A stretch of DNA of 64,000 bases from an uncultured delta proteobacterium (GTDB lineage Bacteria; Desulfobacterota; Desulfomonilia; UBA1062): positions 64,001 to 128,000 of the forward strand of contig CAVVYZ010000002.1 in the NCBI GenBank assembly GCA_963752595.1, given 5' to 3'. Position 1 is the first letter of the stretch. Each line of letters starts with the position of its first letter. Below are positions 62,668-64,000 of the stretch, piece after piece. The position numbers and the translations under genes are program-made. The notes beneath the pieces are model-generated. The model saw only the letters and a program-made list of their open reading frames with translations, searched no databases and was not told where the DNA came from.

Positions 62668-63661
62668 GGTACTGATACTCATACAAGGGAAAGAGGTGGC
62701 TGCAAGCAGGTACCGGATACTACAGTATATCCCGTACCTTGAGGAACACCGTATTGTCTGCACAGTCCGGGAATTTCCTGATTCCCTGAAGGATTATCTC
62801 TTTTTGATCTCTGATCTTCATCGTTATGATTGTGTATTTATCCAGAGGAAGAGATTTCATTATCCCCTCCTTCCCATATTCCGTCTCAAGGCAAATAAGA
62901 TAATTTATGACCTTGATGATGCGGTCATGTACAAGAACACCCTTGCAAAATCTCCGTATTCCCGCACTCGCGAGAAACGCTTCAAGAATATGGTTCAAAA
63001 CAGCGACGTGGTAATTGCAGGCAATTCCTTCCTGAAGGATAAATCCTCGCAGTATAATACCCGGGTAATCACCATCCCGACCTCGATCCCTGCCGCAAAA
63101 TATTGCCTCAAGGACTATTCGATCAAGAAGGATCTTGTCACTATCGGCTGGATCGGGGATCACGGAAGCATCCACTATCTTGAAAGGATGAAAGGTGTAT
63201 GGAATGAGATAGGGAAGAGATTCCCAGGCAAGGTAGAACTCAAGATCATTTGCGATGTATTCTTTGATTGCGAGAGCATCCCAGTAAGAAAGGTTACGTG
63301 GTCTTCATCTACCGAGGTTACGGAACTGATGGACATGGATATCGGCGTGATGCCGCTCATTGATGATCCCTGGTCCTGGGGGAAGTGCGGACTCAAAATA
63401 CTTCAGTATTTCGGTGTCGGCGTGCCTGCTGTCTGCACACCTGTAGGAGTGAACCGGGATGTGGTCGAGCATGGTCATAGCGGGTATTGGGCAAAGACGG
63501 AAGAAGAATGGGTTAACGCACTTTCCATGCTCATTACGAATGAAGAGAATAGGGTGACGATGGGTTTGCATGGGAGAACTATTCTGGAAAGGATGTATAC
63601 TCAGGAGGTGAATGCTCCGCGGATTCTTTCCGTAATCCTTGGGACGGGGGATTATAAGTAA
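62657..63661 (+). CDS. Glycosyltransferase (GT4-like)
   Basis: 'ASRYRILQY', 'YDLDDA', 'IGWIG', 'GKCGLKILQY'. Confidence 0.85.
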   Translation: MSNKVLILIQGKEVAASRYRILQYIPYLEEHRIVCTVREFPDSLKDYLFLISDLHRYDCVFIQRKRFHYPLLPIFRLKANKIIYDLDDAVMYKNTLAKSPYSRTREKRFKNMVQNSDVVIAGNSFLKDKSSQYNTRVITIPTSIPAAKYCLKDYSIKKDLVTIGWIGDHGSIHYLERMKGVWNEIGKRFPGKVELKIICDVFFDCESIPVRKVTWSSSTEVTELMDMDIGVMPLIDDPWSWGKCGLKILQYFGVGVPAVCTPVGVNRDVVEHGHSGYWAKTEEEWVNALSMLITNEENRVTMGLHGRTILERMYTQEVNAPRILSVILGTGDYK

Positions 63662-63663
63662 AT

Positions 63664-64000
63664 ATGTCAGACGCCGGTCTGGTAAGTATCATTATTCCTC
63701 TTTATAACGGAGAGGCATATATTCGTGAAACTATCCGATCGGCTTTAACCCAGAGTTATGAAAACACAGAAATTATTGTTGTGGATGACGGATCAACCGA
63801 TTCCGGGCCTCTTATAGCTAGCCGGTATCCCATACAGATTATTTCTCAAAAGAACAGAGGAATTTCAGGGGCGAGAAATACCGGGATCCGTGCGTCTCGG
63901 GGAGAATTCATAGCCCTACTTGACCAGGATGATATATTTAAACCGGATAAAATTGAAAAACAGGTACGCTTCTTGAGAGAAAATCCGGGATGCCTCATGG
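63664..64000 (+). CDS. Glycosyltransferase family 2, partial
   Basis: Manual translation MSDAGLVSIIIPLYNG...EIIVVDDGSTD...NRGISGARNTG...LLDQDD; runs off the window. Confidence 0.88.
   Translation, partial: MSDAGLVSIIIPLYNGEAYIRETIRSALTQSYENTEIIVVDDGSTDSGPLIASRYPIQIISQKNRGISGARNTGIRASRGEFIALLDQDDIFKPDKIEKQVRFLRENPGCLM

Overview
Chromosomal window from an anaerobic deltaproteobacterium-like organism (Desulfobacterota/Syntrophales-type gene content; the taxonomy is an inference). It holds: acyl-CoA metabolism genes (ADC-fold protein, two acyl-CoA dehydrogenases, a CoA-transferase A/B pair); an AT-rich decayed patch (~3.4-6.0 kb) with a frameshifted inverse-autotransporter beta-barrel and a promoter-bearing tRNA-Pro 5' half; Sec-encoding selD with a divergent LysR gene; a methyltransferase / HMG-CoA reductase / DUF2156 / HAD cluster; a Gld-like ABC system followed by dCMP deaminase-dUTPase/dCTP deaminase-thyX; tig-clpP-clpX-lon-hup-tRNA-Val-tRNA-Asp; queA-tgt-yajC-secDF; an FN3 surface protein with a Gly-rich CFI tail; and the start of an LPS/glycan operon. 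The best candidate for an undescribed system is a duplicated microprotein cassette (6086-6857 and 13562-14071) that the ORF track largely misses. Each copy encodes 58-aa and 35-aa membrane peptides sharing a GIGxRF motif (copy 1 also has an AtpZ/AtpI-like gene). Each sits behind a sigma54 promoter and three TGnCA-N3-TGnCA boxes spaced 40-42 bp apart. Many core genes (tig, clpP, queA, tgt, secD) carry indels, most likely assembly errors.
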